Shown here: piece by piece, positions 30,098 through 32,000 of the stretch | Position numbering within the stretch: position 1 is the stretch's first letter | Layout: each line of letters begins with the position of its first letter | Source of the DNA: Pseudomonas aeruginosa | Lineage (GTDB): Bacteria; Pseudomonadota; Gammaproteobacteria; Pseudomonadales; Pseudomonadaceae | Direction of reading: 5' to 3' | DNA length: 32,000 nt | NCBI RefSeq assembly: GCF_001457615.1 | Contig: NZ_LN831024.1 | Location: forward strand, 4,320,001 to 4,352,000 | The notes under the pieces: generated by a model | What the model saw: only the letters and a program-made list of their open reading frames with translations | Told to the model about the DNA's origin: nothing | Databases searched by the model: none | Program-made: the position numbers and the translations under genes

Positions 30098-31138
30098 TCA
30101 GGATTCGATCAGATCGGGGAACTTCGCCCCTTCGATATCCACCAGGCAGGTACCCCAGGACAGGCCGATACCGAAGCCGCAGAGCAACACGCGATTGCGG
30201 CCGGCCTCGAGTTCCCGGTTGATCCGCGCGGTCATGGTCACCGGCAGCGAGGCGCCGCTGGTGTTGCCGAAGTCGCGCAGGGTCGAAGGCACCTTCTCTA
30301 CCGGCAGGCCGAGCTTCTTGCGGATGGTCTCGTTGATCATCCGGTTGGCCTGGTGGAAAACGAAGTAGTCCACTTCGTCCTTGCTCGCACCGGCATAGTC
30401 GAGCAGCTTTTCCACCGCCGGCGGTACGCGCTGGGTGGAGAAGCTGAGTACGGCGGTGCCGTCGAGCTGCAGGTCGATGGCACGGTGCCAATGGTCGTTC
30501 TCGTCCTCGCGGAACGGCATCAGGTGCTGCACGCCGACCGGTTCGCGATGGCCGCCCACCGGCAGGATGATGGCCTTGTAGCCGCTGCCGTCGCTGTTCA
30601 GGTCGAAGTGCATCGGCGGCGCGCCTTCGCAGAACTCCAGCGCCGTCGCGGTGCCCGCGTCGGAGAAGATCGGATCGTTGACACTGGCGCCGCGGTCGCC
30701 GACCAGCACAAGGCCCTTCTTCACCCCGCCGGCGGCAATCAGCGAACCCAGCAGGTTGAGGGCGAACGGATAGGCCGAGCAACCCAGGTTGACGTCGAAG
30801 GCCACGGTGGAATGCGGCAGCCCCAGGCGGTCCTGGAGGATGATCGCGGTAGCCGGCGCCAGGTAGTCGGGAGACTGGGTCACGACGATCAGCGCATCGA
30901 CCTCCTCGCGCTTCCACTCCAGGCTTTCCAGCAGGCGCTCGGCGGCGTCGAAGGCCAGGTCGGAGAAGCACTGCCACTCCTGCGCCATGCGCCGCGTCTC
31001 GATGCCGATGTTGCGCACCAGGCGTTCGCGCTCGGCGCGCAACTGCGGCTTGCAGTCGGTCAGGTTGGAGATAACGCGCTTGGGGACGCAGGTCGCCATC
31101 CCGGCGAAACGGACGTTCTTCAGCGTGGAGGTGGCCAT
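30098..31138 (-). CDS. 3-oxoacyl-ACP synthase III (FabH/KAS III)-like, 346 aa
   Basis: The active-site Cys is in NLGCSAYPFAL, the His in FVFHQAN and the Asn in FGNTSGASLP. ATG lies 2 nt after the ACP stop. Confidence 0.92.
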   Translation of the reverse strand: MATSTLKNVRFAGMATCVPKRVISNLTDCKPQLRAERERLVRNIGIETRRMAQEWQCFSDLAFDAAERLLESLEWKREEVDALIVVTQSPDYLAPATAIILQDRLGLPHSTVAFDVNLGCSAYPFALNLLGSLIAAGGVKKGLVLVGDRGASVNDPIFSDAGTATALEFCEGAPPMHFDLNSDGSGYKAIILPVGGHREPVGVQHLMPFREDENDHWHRAIDLQLDGTAVLSFSTQRVPPAVEKLLDYAGASKDEVDYFVFHQANRMINETIRKKLGLPVEKVPSTLRDFGNTSGASLPVTMTARINRELEAGRNRVLLCGFGIGLSWGTCLVDIEGAKFPDLIES

Positions 31139-31140
31139 GG

Positions 31141-31365
31141 TCAGAGTCCAAGCATCTGGTAGAGGTCGCCCACCGTGCGAGCCTTGATCAGGTCTTCACC
31201 GGTGATGGTCTTGCCGTATTCCATGTCGAACATGACGATGACCCCGAGCGCGGCCAGCGAGTCCCATTCCGGCAGGTCTTCGAGCTGGGTGTCCATGCTG
31301 ACCTCGACGGGATTCTGGAAATCGGTGGCGGAAAGGAAGTCTTCGATGAATTTTGCTTGGCTCAT
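31141..31365 (-). CDS. Dedicated acyl carrier protein, 74 aa
   Basis: A small acidic protein with the phosphopantetheine-attachment motif EWDSLAALGV (DSL). Confidence 0.9.
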   Translation of the reverse strand: MSQAKFIEDFLSATDFQNPVEVSMDTQLEDLPEWDSLAALGVIVMFDMEYGKTITGEDLIKARTVGDLYQMLGL

Positions 31366-31419
31366 TTCTTGTCTACCTGAGTGAGGCGGTTGTTCATTCT
31401 GTTATCGGTCGCGACGGGC

Positions 31420-32000
31420 TCAACTTGATGCTCGCCGCCGCGGCATGGCGGCGGAAGCGATCAGGCCGGCGACGAACTCGACGTCTGCGGCGGCCAGCCC
31501 GGGATAGATCGGCAGGCACAGCACCCGCGAGGAAATCGACCGCGCCACCGGAAGATTGGCGGGCGCCGCCGAGGGCAGCGAATGGTACATGGGGAAGTCG
31601 CTGATGAGTGGGTAGAAGTAGCGCCGCACCAGCACATCCCTGTCGCGCAGGCGCTGGTACAGCTCGTCGCGCGAAAGCGGAAAATCGTCTTCCACCAGGA
31701 TCGGGAAATAGGCGTTGTTGGCGAAGGTCTGGGTACCAGGCCGGAGGCACTGGATGCCAGGGACGCCGGCCAGCAGGCGCCGATAGCGCTCGGCGATCTC
31801 CCTGCGCTGCTCCAGGGCCTGGTCGACGTGCTTGAGTTGCAGCAGCCCGAAGGCAGCGCCGACCTCGTTGAGCTTGCCGTTGATGCCGGGCATGACCACC
31901 GTGACCTCGTCGACGAAGCCGAAATTCTTAAGGTGGTTGAGGCGTTGCCGGGTGTTTTCGTCCGAGCAGATGATCGCACCGCCCTCGAAGGTGTTGAACA
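31420..32000 (-). CDS. DegT/DnrJ/EryC1-family PLP-dependent sugar aminotransferase (OrfA/VioA-like); C-terminal 193 codons only, continuing beyond the window
   Basis: The frame is open from 31998 down to TGA 31420-31422. It translates as FNTFEGGAIICSDENTRQRLNHLKNFGF...PGINGKLNEVGAAFGLLQL...ANNAYFPILV...RRYFYPL...LCLPIYPGL. This is typical of the family region just after the PLP-lysine. Confidence 0.9.
   Translation of the reverse strand, partial: FNTFEGGAIICSDENTRQRLNHLKNFGFVDEVTVVMPGINGKLNEVGAAFGLLQLKHVDQALEQRREIAERYRRLLAGVPGIQCLRPGTQTFANNAYFPILVEDDFPLSRDELYQRLRDRDVLVRRYFYPLISDFPMYHSLPSAAPANLPVARSISSRVLCLPIYPGLAAADVEFVAGLIASAAMPRRRASS

Noticed and set aside
29465-31162. A 565-aa plus-strand ORF across the SDR and KAS-III genes, plus a 360-aa minus-strand ORF (30069-31151)
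   Set aside because: The KAS-III and SDR frames carry catalytic motifs. These alternative frames are Arg/Pro/Gly-rich with no motifs.

Overview
This window looks like the Pseudomonas aeruginosa flagellar regulon in an a-type (PAK-like) flagellin strain, read in reverse orientation. The assignment rests on gene order, protein motifs and very high GC; no database search was possible. Positions 1-7040 hold core housekeeping genes in the same order as I recall for PAO1 PA1112 to PA1106: a PQQ sugar dehydrogenase, an orphan C39-like protein, a pseudouridine-synthase-like protein, an AraC regulator, an MFS transporter, a GGDEF cyclase and a TorF-like porin. Positions 7041-21889 (minus strand) hold fliJIHGFE, fleRS, fleQ, fleP, two fliS paralogs, fliD, flaG and a 394-aa a-type fliC. 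Clear sigma54 and sigma28 promoters, a Vfr operator and terminators are visible among them. Positions 22114-32000 (minus strand) hold a compact flagellin glycosylation island of nine genes. These encode a partial DegT-type aminotransferase, an ACP, a KAS-III, an SDR ketoreductase, two left-handed beta-helix acyltransferases, a Rieske oxygenase, an FkbM methyltransferase and a 1168-aa multi-domain glycosyltransferase. The methyltransferase is interrupted by a frameshift in a 5-nt homopolymer. The points most worth follow-up are the island's composition (an ACP-dependent N-acyl-aminosugar module plus a partnerless Rieske oxygenase), the homopolymer frameshift, the duplicated divergent FliS chaperones, and the orphan C39-like cysteine-peptidase-fold protein. 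No tRNA or rRNA genes, CRISPR arrays or transposase or integrase genes were seen. Many long ORFs in the supplied track are antisense artefacts of the high GC content.
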